Assembly: GCA_034530615.2 (NCBI GenBank)
Contig: JAVRCV020000073.1
Location: 32,001-96,000, forward strand
Direction: 5' to 3'
Length of the DNA stretch: 64,000 nucleotides
Source of the DNA: Aulosira sp. ZfuVER01
Lineage (GTDB): Bacteria; Cyanobacteriota; Cyanobacteriia; Cyanobacteriales; Nostocaceae
Below the pieces are notes generated by a model. It was not told the origin of the DNA, searched no databases, and saw only the letters and a list, made by a program, of their open reading frames with translations. Made by a program: the position numbers and the translations under genes. Each line of letters begins with the position of its first letter. Position 1 is the first letter of the stretch. This document shows, in pieces, positions 20,522-30,150 of the stretch.

Positions 20522-21355
20522 TTAATTATTTAATCGATAGCAGATAGCTTTATCAAACTGAACGCGCTTGAATGCTGTATCTAAGTGGATAGTGGTTTCA
20601 GCATTACCGAGAAATAAGTAGCCATCTGGACTTAGCTGTTGCTTGATTTTTTTTAGTAATGCTTTTTTGGTTGAGATATCAAAGTAAATTAAAACATTGC
20701 GTAAAAATATCACATCACTTTTGGGAAGGGATGACCAAGATTGCACGAGATTAATCTGGCGAAATTCTACCATCTGAAGAATTTCGTCGTGAATTTGCCA
20801 GTCGCGATCTAGCTTGTAAAAATAGCGATCGCATAAATTTTTCGGGAGTCCACGCTGTATTTCTAGCTGGTTGTAGCGTCCCTGTCTGGCTCTGGCTAAG
20901 ACTTTGCTCGAAAAATCGCTGGCAATTAACTTTACAGACCAACTAGCCAGCATGGGAAAATGTTCTCTAATCAGCATGGCGATGCTGTAAGGTTCCTGTC
21001 CATTAGAGCAGGCTGCACACCAAATATTCAGCGATCGCTCAATGGTTCTTTTATTAATCAACTCTGGAAGCACAAAATTTTTCAGTGCTTCAAAGGGATG
21101 GCGATCGCGAAAGAAGAATGTTTCGTTGGTAACTAAAGACTCAATTACCTGACTGTGAAGAGTGCTAAAAGCTTGATTCCGCAAGTAATTGACCAAATCG
21201 GCTATGGAAGCGAATCCTGCTGATTCGGCAATTGGCTGTAAATATAGCTCTGCTAGATAAGTTTTATCAGCGTGTAGTACAACTGCTGAATGATTGTAAA
21301 CTAATTCACGAAGAAATTGAAAATCACTGGTGTTTACACCCATAGTCTGTTTCAT
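20522..21355 (-). CDS. cheR: Chemoreceptor methyltransferase CheR
   Basis: TNETFFFRD, WCAACSNGQEPYS, RNVLIYFD. Confidence 0.95.
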   Translation of the reverse strand: MKQTMGVNTSDFQFLRELVYNHSAVVLHADKTYLAELYLQPIAESAGFASIADLVNYLRNQAFSTLHSQVIESLVTNETFFFRDRHPFEALKNFVLPELINKRTIERSLNIWCAACSNGQEPYSIAMLIREHFPMLASWSVKLIASDFSSKVLARARQGRYNQLEIQRGLPKNLCDRYFYKLDRDWQIHDEILQMVEFRQINLVQSWSSLPKSDVIFLRNVLIYFDISTKKALLKKIKQQLSPDGYLFLGNAETTIHLDTAFKRVQFDKAICYRLNN

Positions 21356-22428
21356 TACAGACCTGATATAGGAATTTGATTGTAACGAACTCGGCGCATA
21401 ATTGCACCTGCCATTTGGTCAAGGGGAACAATCTCATCAGCTAGTCCGGCATTGACAACAAAACTAGGCATACCCCAAACTACACTACTAGCTTTATCTT
21501 GTGCTAGCACTTGTCCGCCTGCTTCCCGGATGCATTTACAGCCATGTAATCCATCTTGCCCCATGCCCGTAAGTATAACTGCGATCGCTCTGTCACCAAA
21601 TACCTTTGCTACCGAACGTAATAGTACATCTACAGAAGGGCGGCAGGAATTTTCTGGTGGTGCTTGATGGGTAACAAGTCGCACGACATCTCCTTGACGT
21701 TGTACAACCAGATGGAAATTTCCAGGTGCAATCCAAGCTTGCCCAGGCTCTAGTTTGGCTCCGGATACTGCTTCATCTACACGGATTTGACATTTAGAAG
21801 CTAATCTTTCTGCTAATAATTTTGTAAACATCGCTGGCATATGTTGCACAATCAAGATGGGAACTCCTATATCGGCGGGTAGCGCCGGAAGTAGTTTCGC
21901 TAGGGCATTGGGTCCTCCTGTAGAAACCCCAATTGCCACAACATCTACCTGTTCAATGCGTCTGTCAACGGCAGGAACAACTGATTCAGTAATTGTAGTT
22001 GGCGGGGAAACTAAAGTATTTCCGGCACCAAATAATTTAATTTTGGGGATTAATTCCTCACGAATATGTTGGTTGCTTGCCTCCACATTCCCTAAATTAC
22101 TAGGTTTTGTTGCATAATCTGAAGCACCCAAAGACAGAGCTTCCAGTGTTGCCGTTGCTCCAGTGTGCGTAGAGGTGCTAAACATAATAACTGGCAAGTG
22201 TGGATAAATTTTTCTGATTGCCGTTAAGGTTTCTAAACCGTTCATATCCGGCATTTCCACATCCAAGATTATGACATCAGGATTAACATGAGGAATCTTT
22301 GCTAGCGCAATGCGGCCATTAGCCGCGACTCCCACCACCTCTAGCTCTGCATCGCTGGACAAAATCTTACTAACTCGACTGCGAACTACTACTGCGTCAT
22401 CAACAACTAGCACCCGGATTTTGGGCAT
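21355..22428 (-). CDS. cheB: Chemoreceptor methylesterase CheB (receiver + esterase)
   Basis: IRVLVVDDA receiver; GVSTGGP, QHMP, RPSVD, LTGMGQDG, WGMP. Start placed at MPKIRV; upstream in-frame ATG at 22596 crosses repeats. Confidence 0.93.
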   Translation of the reverse strand: MPKIRVLVVDDAVVVRSRVSKILSSDAELEVVGVAANGRIALAKIPHVNPDVIILDVEMPDMNGLETLTAIRKIYPHLPVIMFSTSTHTGATATLEALSLGASDYATKPSNLGNVEASNQHIREELIPKIKLFGAGNTLVSPPTTITESVVPAVDRRIEQVDVVAIGVSTGGPNALAKLLPALPADIGVPILIVQHMPAMFTKLLAERLASKCQIRVDEAVSGAKLEPGQAWIAPGNFHLVVQRQGDVVRLVTHQAPPENSCRPSVDVLLRSVAKVFGDRAIAVILTGMGQDGLHGCKCIREAGGQVLAQDKASSVVWGMPSFVVNAGLADEIVPLDQMAGAIMRRVRYNQIPISGL

Positions 22429-22429
22429 A

Positions 22430-22595
22430 TTTTTTGGGAAGGGATGAGGAGACAAGGGGACAAGGGAGTGTGGGGAGGGTGGGGAGTGTGGGGAGTGTGG
22501 GGAGGGTGAGGAGTGTGGGGAGTGTGGGGAGTTTTCTTCCCCCTCTCCATCATCTCTTCTCCTTGCCCAATGCCCAATGCCCAATGCCCAAACCA
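22430..22595. repeat. Short tandem repeats (ggggagtgt nonamers, cccaatg heptamers)
   Basis: Tandem units read directly. Confidence 0.85.
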
Positions 22596-23903
22596 TTAAT
22601 ATTTAAACTGAGTAACAACTTTCTGCATATCTACGGCCATGCGGGCGAGTTCAGTAGCTGACTGGGATGTATTACTGGCACCAATTGTTGTGGTTTGAGC
22701 ATTGAGTGCGACAATGCCGATATTTTTAGCTATATCTGAGGTTCCTTGAGCTGCTTCGGCTATATTTCTAGCGATTTCATTGGTGGTGACAGTTTGCTCT
22801 TCAACGGCACTGGCGATGGTGCTTTGCAGGTCGTTTATTTGGTTGATGATGTCGGTAATTTGGGTGATAGCACTAACTGCACTTTTGGTATCAGACTGAA
22901 TTGCTTCTATTCGCTGGCTAATATCTTCGGTGGCATTTGCTGTTTGTTTGGCGAGTTCTTTCACCTCATTGGCTACGACTGCAAATCCTCTACCAGCATC
23001 CCCGGCTCTAGCTGCCTCAATCGTAGCATTTAGTGCCAGCAAGTTTGTTTGTTGCGCGATCGCAGTAATGACTTTGATGACTTTGCCAATTTCCATGCTA
23101 CTTTGACCGAGTTTACCAATTGTCTCGTTTGTGCGATCGGCTGTTTTTACCGCTTCAGCTGCCACTGTTGCACCATTAGCAACGGTCTTAGCAATTTCTC
23201 GAATGCTAGCATTCATTTCTTCTACCGCCGTGACTACTGTACTGGTGTTTTGATTCACCTGTTCTGCTGAGGCGGATGCAGAAGTTGCTTGTTCTGCTGT
23301 TTGTTCGGCATTGGTGGTCATTTCTTTACTAACGGCGGTTAGTTCTTCGGAAGAAGATGCAACAGCTGTAGCAACTTCTGCCATCTGTCTAATGGAAGAT
23401 TTAAGGCTGCTAATCATCTGATTGGCATTATCACTGAGTTGCTTAAATTCTCCAGCATTGCGGGCTTTGATTTGTTTGGCTAAATTGCCTTGGGCAACAG
23501 CTAGGGTAACTTCATTAATAGTTTTGATCTGCTGTGCCAGGTTAGCAGACATTTGGTTTAAATTAGCCAGCAATTCTTGCCAAGAACCTTCTGCTGTTTT
23601 GAGTGTAACTTGAGAACCGAGTTTTCCTTCTTTGCCGATTTCGGTTGCTAGGCGAGTTACTTCGGTGGCAAAGTTTTGCTGGAAACTCACCAATTCATTA
23701 AAAACTGTAGCAATTTCACCCAAGCCATTGTTTTCTACTGGGAGACGGACGCTAAAATCACCGTTTTTTGCGGCTTGCAGTGCTGCTAGTAATGGTTGCA
23801 GTTGCGGTTCTGTTGTGCCGTAATTAATATCTGTGGTTTCTGTATTATTATCTGCGGGGGATTTGGAGTTGTTTGTTGTTTTCCTAGTCCGATTTGTAGC
23901 CAT
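22596..23903 (-). CDS. Soluble methyl-accepting chemotaxis protein (HAMP + signalling domain)
   Basis: [37 protein letters not shown] hairpin; no TM segment. Confidence 0.93.
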   Translation of the reverse strand: MATNRTRKTTNNSKSPADNNTETTDINYGTTEPQLQPLLAALQAAKNGDFSVRLPVENNGLGEIATVFNELVSFQQNFATEVTRLATEIGKEGKLGSQVTLKTAEGSWQELLANLNQMSANLAQQIKTINEVTLAVAQGNLAKQIKARNAGEFKQLSDNANQMISSLKSSIRQMAEVATAVASSSEELTAVSKEMTTNAEQTAEQATSASASAEQVNQNTSTVVTAVEEMNASIREIAKTVANGATVAAEAVKTADRTNETIGKLGQSSMEIGKVIKVITAIAQQTNLLALNATIEAARAGDAGRGFAVVANEVKELAKQTANATEDISQRIEAIQSDTKSAVSAITQITDIINQINDLQSTIASAVEEQTVTTNEIARNIAEAAQGTSDIAKNIGIVALNAQTTTIGASNTSQSATELARMAVDMQKVVTQFKY

Positions 23904-24009
23904 TGCCTAACACTCCTAAATTTTTAAATATAATGAATGCTTCACGCATAGACACGGAGTGGCTTCCCGTAGGTAGGCGCAAAGGAAAATTCATAAAGTT
24001 ATTTTGCTT

Positions 24010-24435
24010 TTATGCAAGGCTGAGGATTTTTTCAGTGTCTAAGACTAGCAGAAATCCTTCTGGTAGTGGGTAGGCTCCGGCTAGCATTTGACGTATTTTA
24101 CCTTTGAGGGTTGCGGGTGGGGGTTGAAGCTCGTTATATGTGAACTCCAAGACATCTCCAACATCATCAACAAGCAAGCTTACTATTTCATCGTCAGCAC
24201 ATACAACAATATTAAATCCCTGCGATCGCATTGCCGACTCTCCCATCTCTAAGCGCTGTTGCAAATCAACTACAGTCAGAATTTGTCCTCTGAGGTTAAT
24301 TAATCCACAAATATCTGGTGGAGCCAAGGGTACACGAGTCACGGCTTGAGGGCGAATCACTTCTTGCACGTGCTGCACATCAATGCCAAAGAACATTTTA
24401 TTGAGGAAAAAGGTGCAAAGTTGTTGTTCAGCCAT
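24010..24435 (-). CDS. cheW: CheW coupling protein
   Basis: FGIDVQHVQEV, TRVPLAP..ICGLINLRGQI, LLVDDVGDV. Confidence 0.93.
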   Translation of the reverse strand: MAEQQLCTFFLNKMFFGIDVQHVQEVIRPQAVTRVPLAPPDICGLINLRGQILTVVDLQQRLEMGESAMRSQGFNIVVCADDEIVSLLVDDVGDVLEFTYNELQPPPATLKGKIRQMLAGAYPLPEGFLLVLDTEKILSLA

Positions 24436-24556
24436 GAACTCTCACCATAAGTACTCAAACAGAATTCATTACACAAATCAATTCTGCACCAGTTTGAGCA
24501 ATTAGCAGTTTTTATGATCATTGGCAAATGCGATCGCATCGCCAAGTACTCTCAAC

Positions 24557-26055
24557 TTTTATATCCCCGTGAGGGGTAATGATTTGAAAACCTCAAAGAA
24601 GCATCGCTAATGACAATGTTTTATGTGTTTCCATCCCCGTGAGGGGTAATGATTTGAAAACTGGCTTACTCAACTGGTCGTTCATGGCCACTATACCTTG
24701 GTTTTCATCCCCGTGAGGGGTAATGATTTGAAAACTGCTAGGCAGAATGGAATTTATCTTGTTGATAGAAAAGGTTTCCATCCCCGTGAGGGGTAATGAT
24801 TTGAAAACGTTTATCACTTCAAGAAAAAGGAGACTGGTTATTGGTTTCCATCCCCGTGAGGAGTAATGATTTGAAAACTTTCCATCGATACGCAAGATTA
24901 CCAAGCGTATACACAGTTTCCATCCCCGTGAGGGGTAATGATTTGAAAACTTAGCTAATGGTGACTTAGAAACAATTCAAAGACAAAGGTTTCCATCCCC
25001 GTGAGGGGTAATGATTTGAAAACAATGTTGGAAGCGGCGCACTTTCACCCACCGCAAACTCTAGTTTCCATCCCCGTGAGGGGTAATGATTTGAAAACGC
25101 TTTTCCTGACTTCCACACGATTGGTGCCGTACCAGTTTCCATCCCCGTGAGGGGTAATGATTTGAAAACAAAGTTAGTTCCTCAATTTATCAAGAGGATG
25201 TTGTTAAAAGTTTCCATCCCCGTGAGGGGTAATGATTTGAAAACGAGGATGGGGATTTATACTCGTAACCCCACAAGGAACAGTTTCCATCCCCGTGAGG
25301 GGTAATGATTTGAAAACCCGTTAAAGCTGGTGAAGATCCATGTCCACCTCAGTGTTTCCATCCCCTTGAGGGGTAATGATTTGAAAACAAGCAGGAAGAG
25401 ACGATCAAAACGGAGGTTCAGAGAGAGTTTCCATCCCCGTGAGGGGTAATGATTTGAAAACACTTAAAAAGATAAGACTGCACAGCTCATACTCTCTGTT
25501 TCCATCCCCGTGAGGGGTAATGATTTGAAAACCCTTAAGTTAGGGACACGGGATATAGATATTTCTGTGGAAATGTTTCCATCCCCGTGAGGGGTAATGA
25601 TTTGAAAACATCGCAACAGCCGCGCGGAAAACAACCAACGACAGGGTTTCCATCCCCGTGAGGGGTAATGATTTGAAAACACCAGCTCAAACGAACAACA
25701 ACAATTCGTTAGCCGCAGTTTCCATCCCCGTGAGGGGTAATGATTTGAAAACATCAGGATTTACCTGCATGGGCAACACTGGTCCCAGAAGTTTCCATCC
25801 CCGTGAGGGGTAATGATTTGAAAACATCATTACTGCTTTAACTCTACTGAAGTTCACTTAATTACAGTTTCCATCCCCGTGAGGGGTAATGATTTGAAAA
25901 CTGCTAAAAAAAGGCCAGCTCCGAATAATGCTTTATGTGTTAAAGTTTCCATCCCCGTGAGGGGTAATGATTTGAAAACCACAACCTGGAGTAACCCAGC
26001 CGCCTGAAGTTAATCCACAAGTTTCCATCCCCGTGAGGGGTAATGATTTGAAAAC
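24557..26055 (-). CRISPR. CRISPR array, 21 repeats of 35 nt (GTTTTCAAATCATTACCCCTCACGGGGATGGAAAC on - strand) and 20 unique spacers of about 35-43 nt; no cas genes in window
   Basis: Repeats read directly, first at 24557 (degenerate trailer), last ending 26055; single variants at 24701, 24844, 25354; CCCC-TCAC-GGGG hairpin and GAAAC 3' end. Type III affinity is inferred. Confidence 0.98.
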
Positions 26056-26448
26056 CCTACCCTTTTAGAAGCTTTATCCAGAAAGGGTTACAGATACCCA
26101 TTTTAGCGGGGGGTGTAATTCACCTGTCAATAAGCTCAAATTATTGATAATTGAAGGTGGGTAGACCATGCTCAAAAGCTTACTGGGTAGGCTTTTCGCG
26201 GGGGTCAACGAAAGAATCAGGGTTTTGGCGATCGCTCTACCCTCGCGAAAAATTTGCGTGTCTTAGGTCAAAACGAATACTTTGACTTTCACTCGGAAAC
26301 GTAATATTTAGCTTTCAAGGTTCTGTTGCTTTGTTGAAGAGTATAACAAACTACTCTAAATTTTTCACGGTGAAAACCGCAAACTTAACAATTACTCCCC
26401 CAGATCCCCCAGCTTACCCATACATATCAACCTTAAAATCAAACAATA
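26056..26448 (-). promoter_or_regulatory. CRISPR leader region
   Basis: Non-coding, adjacent to the non-degenerate end of the array; contains inverted repeat ttttcgcggggg...ccctcgcgaaaa (26193-26251). Confidence 0.65.
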
Positions 26449-28578
26449 TTAGGATCGGGATGACTTCACTTCTAACAAATAGGGATTCGCTATCCGAATC
26501 ACAGCTTCAACATCGAGAATTTCTATGATTTGTCCTTGAATGACTGCACAGAAAAGCACGCCTGCTCTGCTAGGGATACCTTTAATTGTTAGTGGTTCGT
26601 CTACAATGTCAAGAATACGCTCGACTACTAACCCCACACTAAGTTCAGAGTCGGGAGAAACGATCGCAATCTCTAATGTCTCGCTTAGATTATCAAGTTC
26701 TCTGCGATCGCCAAATATGGTGTGGAGATCTATCAAAGGTAAAATCTTACTATTAAACCGGGCAACATACTGGTTAGCTACTTTTTCCACCGCAGCCGCA
26801 GGAATTTTTTCTAGTCGAAATGCTTTGGTTAGCGGCACACCCATCGGCGCGTTTTGGGGGCCTGTAAATAGTAAAATCATTTGGCGATCGCTTTCTGGCT
26901 CTGGGATATCTGCGGTTATTACACTCGCTAATTGCTTGTGTTTCTCACTCACACCAGCTTGCTTTGCCAAACCTGCAACATCAATAATTAATGCAACTTT
27001 GCCATCTCCCAGAATCGTTGCTCCGGCAAATATGGATACAGTTTTTAACTGCTTTCCTAAAGGTTTCACAACGATGTCTAAAATATCTTCTATATTGTCC
27101 ACAACCAGCCCAAATCGATAGTTTTCAGCTTGGACAATTACTAGACTTAGAGTTTCTTCGGCTTCCTGCCTTCTGCCTTCTAAAGCTTCATTAAGGTAAA
27201 TCAAAGGCACAAGTTCCCCCCGCAAGCGATACACAGGTACGTCGTAAAGCATCTCAATACTATTGATTGCCTGTGCATCTAAACGAACTAGTTCTTGTAA
27301 ACTCGTTTGGGGAATGGCATAGCGATCGCCGCCACTAGTAACGAATAATGCTGGGATAATTGTTAATGTCAGCGGCATCTTTATTTTAAATGTCGTGCCT
27401 TGTCCCTGCTGACTGTAAATTTCAATGCTACCGTTAATTTTTTCAATATTGTTCTTGACAATATCCATACCTACCCCACGCCCGGAAAGACTAGTGACTT
27501 GTTCACTGGTGGAGAAGCCAGGTAAAAAAATTAAGTTGATTGCTTCCACATCACTCATAGTTGCAGCTTGAGTAGCGCTGACTAAACCAAGTTGCTGCGC
27601 GCGCTGTTTGAGTTGTTTGGGATTGATTCCGCGTCCATCATCGCCAATTTCAATATTAACTTTGCCGCTTTCATGAAAGGCGCGCAAAAAGATCCGTCCT
27701 TGGGGTGATTTACTCTTAGCACTACGTTCTGCGGGAAATTCAATGCCATGATCGATACAGTTGCGTACTAAATGAGTTAAAGGGTCTTTAATGGCTTCAA
27801 TAATACTTTTGTCGATTTCCGTATCTACCCCTTCCATTTCTACTTGAACTTGTTTACCAGAGGCGATCGCTAAATCACGAATTACACGGGGGAACTTTTG
27901 CCAGATGCTACTAATTGGTTGTAGCCGAGTTTTCATCACTCCTGCTTGCAAATCGCCTGTAATTTGGTTCAAGCGTTGGCAGGTAGCGGCGAAAGAACTA
28001 TCCTGAAACTTAGGGGAAAAGGCGATCGCTTGGTTACGGGTTAACACCAGTTCACCTACCAAATCCATTACCCGATCTAAAAGCGCCACATTCACGCGGA
28101 TATAAGATTCTGAAGCTGTGAGGGTTGCGTCTTCTGCTTCGCTATCAAGGGATGGGACGGGTTGCTTGACAGTAGCGACTACTGGCTCAGTTTCCTGCAA
28201 TTGAGTTAAAGCCTGAATCAGTTCTGTATAATTGCGATCGCCTTCATGTCTGGTAGCCTTAATTTCCGCTAAGATTTGCCGGATCGTGTCAATGGTTTGC
28301 AGTAATGTACTAACGATACCAGGTGTGGTTGTTAATTGGCGATCGCGCAGACGTGAAAGTAAACTCTCCGCCGCATGAGCCAGTGCTTCTAACTTCGGAA
28401 AGGGTAAAAAGCCGCAGTTCCCCTTTAATGTGTGGAGTGAGCGATAAATCCTAACTAGCACTTCTCCATTGGGAGGCGCTTTTTCTAGATCGATAATGTC
28501 GCGTTCAATTTCATCTAGGTTTTCATAGCTCTCAACTAGAAATGCTTCTATATCATCGTCAATTTCTGCTAACTCCAT
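26449..28578 (-). CDS. cheA: Chemosensory histidine kinase CheA (HPt, dimerisation, HATPase, two CheW-like domains)
   Basis: YRSLHTLKGNCG, DPLTHLVRNCIDHGIE, GDDGRGI, FLPGFST, SGRGVGMD. Confidence 0.95.
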   Translation of the reverse strand: MELAEIDDDIEAFLVESYENLDEIERDIIDLEKAPPNGEVLVRIYRSLHTLKGNCGFLPFPKLEALAHAAESLLSRLRDRQLTTTPGIVSTLLQTIDTIRQILAEIKATRHEGDRNYTELIQALTQLQETEPVVATVKQPVPSLDSEAEDATLTASESYIRVNVALLDRVMDLVGELVLTRNQAIAFSPKFQDSSFAATCQRLNQITGDLQAGVMKTRLQPISSIWQKFPRVIRDLAIASGKQVQVEMEGVDTEIDKSIIEAIKDPLTHLVRNCIDHGIEFPAERSAKSKSPQGRIFLRAFHESGKVNIEIGDDGRGINPKQLKQRAQQLGLVSATQAATMSDVEAINLIFLPGFSTSEQVTSLSGRGVGMDIVKNNIEKINGSIEIYSQQGQGTTFKIKMPLTLTIIPALFVTSGGDRYAIPQTSLQELVRLDAQAINSIEMLYDVPVYRLRGELVPLIYLNEALEGRRQEAEETLSLVIVQAENYRFGLVVDNIEDILDIVVKPLGKQLKTVSIFAGATILGDGKVALIIDVAGLAKQAGVSEKHKQLASVITADIPEPESDRQMILLFTGPQNAPMGVPLTKAFRLEKIPAAAVEKVANQYVARFNSKILPLIDLHTIFGDRRELDNLSETLEIAIVSPDSELSVGLVVERILDIVDEPLTIKGIPSRAGVLFCAVIQGQIIEILDVEAVIRIANPYLLEVKSSRS

Positions 28579-28718
28579 TGCGTTGATAGATGGGAGATTT
28601 ATGGTGTTAAATATTAATCCTAATTTTACAACACTTAGATAAATCTCTCTTATGAGAGATGTTTATAGAACTTATTGGTGAAAATATAATGCTACACTAA
28701 ATAAACGAAGTGAGATAA

Positions 28719-28991
28719 ATGCAATGTCCTAGTTGCCATTCCACCCAAACTTTTAAGAACGGACGACGAAAAACCAGACAATGTTACAAGTGCAAACAAT
28801 GTGGTCGCCAGTTTCTAGAAACCTATCAACCTTGGCGCTACTCAAACGATATCAAGCAATTATGCCTCAAAATGCATCTTGATGGTATGAGTTTGCGAAA
28901 AATCGGACAAGTAACTAATATTCACCACACCACAATTTTGCATTGGTTGCGTAAAGCAAAACAGAAAATAGAAGATATTTCCAATACGTAA
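28719..28991 (+). CDS. IS1 InsA-like zinc-ribbon + HTH protein, stand-alone
   Basis: CPSC...KNG...YKCKQCGRQF then GMSLRKIGQVTNIHHTTILHW; no InsB/DDE part or IRs seen. Confidence 0.75.
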   Translation: MQCPSCHSTQTFKNGRRKTRQCYKCKQCGRQFLETYQPWRYSNDIKQLCLKMHLDGMSLRKIGQVTNIHHTTILHWLRKAKQKIEDISNT

Positions 28992-29109
28992 TCTAAAGTT
29001 TTACTAGAAATTATATATATTATTTAATTTTTATTTAAAATTATCATTAATATGCAATCTAACCAGACTAAATTCTCAATAATTGAAGTAAAAGGTCAAA
29101 AGGGTAAAG

Positions 29110-29478
29110 TTGATGGCATTGGTTTTAATTATCGATGATGCAGCTTTTTCGCGCAGAATGATCCGCAAGTTTCTGCAAGTCGATGGCTATGAAATCTTAG
29201 AAGCAAGTAATGGGCGTGAAGGCTTAGAAATGGTTCACAACCATAAGCCAAACTGCGTATTAGCTGATATTTTAATGCCTGATATGAATGGGTTTGAATT
29301 TTTGCAAGCACTTCAACAGGAAAAATTGCAAATTCCTACCATCATTATTTCAGCCGATATTCAAGAAGGAGCGCGCAATCAAAGTTTTCACCTGGGAGCA
29401 GCCAACTTTATTAATAAACCGCCAAAAGAAAATGAACTACGAGCCGCAGTCCAGCAAGTTCTAAATACAAAGGAATAA
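29110..29478 (+). CDS. Single-domain CheY-like response regulator
   Basis: LIIDDA, LADILMPDMNG, ISAD, FINKP. Confidence 0.92.
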   Translation: MMALVLIIDDAAFSRRMIRKFLQVDGYEILEASNGREGLEMVHNHKPNCVLADILMPDMNGFEFLQALQQEKLQIPTIIISADIQEGARNQSFHLGAANFINKPPKENELRAAVQQVLNTKE

Positions 29479-29484
29479 GCATAC

Positions 29485-30090
29485 ATGAATGTGACAGCAG
29501 AACAACTGGATGCTCTTCAAGAGTTGATTAATATTGGAGTTGGTCGAGCAGCAAGTTTACTTAATGAGATGGTAGATTCTCACATTCATTTAGAAATTCC
29601 GTTTGTGAAAGTATTAACAGCTGCGGATGCTTATCAAGAATTAGCGACAAGATTTCATGATGATTGTTTAGCAGCTGTCAGACTAGGCTTTACAGGCTCA
29701 TTTTATGGCACTGCTGGCTTAATTTTCCCTACTGAAAGCGCATCGACATTGGTTGCAGTTCTCACTGGTGAAGAGCCAGGTTCGAGTGACTTAGATGCCG
29801 TAAAAATTGGTACATTAAGCGAAATTGGCAATATCGTGATTAATGGAGTGATGGGTTCAATTAGCAATGTGCTAAGGCAGCACATGAACTATACATTACC
29901 CGTTTATTTAGAAGATAGAATTGAAAATTTGCTTGTATCTGCTAATGTAACGCAGTCGCAAATTTTATTAGCACAAGCAAGATTTACTATTGAACAATTA
30001 GAACTGATTGGAGATATTATTTTAATCTTTGAATTAGGGACATTTGATGCGTTAATTAAAGTTATTAATGCAGAGTTAGAAGTATCGTGA
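29485..30090 (+). CDS. cheC: CheC-family phosphatase
   Basis: DALQELINIGVG and GTLSEIGNIVING (two ExxN motifs). Confidence 0.88.
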   Translation: MNVTAEQLDALQELINIGVGRAASLLNEMVDSHIHLEIPFVKVLTAADAYQELATRFHDDCLAAVRLGFTGSFYGTAGLIFPTESASTLVAVLTGEEPGSSDLDAVKIGTLSEIGNIVINGVMGSISNVLRQHMNYTLPVYLEDRIENLLVSANVTQSQILLAQARFTIEQLELIGDIILIFELGTFDALIKVINAELEVS

Positions 30091-30150
30091 ACAGGAGAAT
30101 TGGAGTAAGTCTTTGTACAGGAAAATCTGCAAAATTGGTCTGATGAATTT

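Noticed and set aside
24593..25754. ORFs 24593-24904, 25257-25463 and 25464-25754 with repeated peptide motifs
   Set aside because: Translations of CRISPR repeats and spacers
24592..25944. Similarity between spacers at 24592 and 25902 (aatgttttatgt / aatgctttatgt)
   Set aside because: Only 12 AT-rich nt; compatible with chance
26540..27121. 193-aa + strand ORF and other antisense ORFs (e.g. 16542-16997, 35813-36232, 36640-37056)
   Set aside because: Shadows of well-supported genes on the opposite strand
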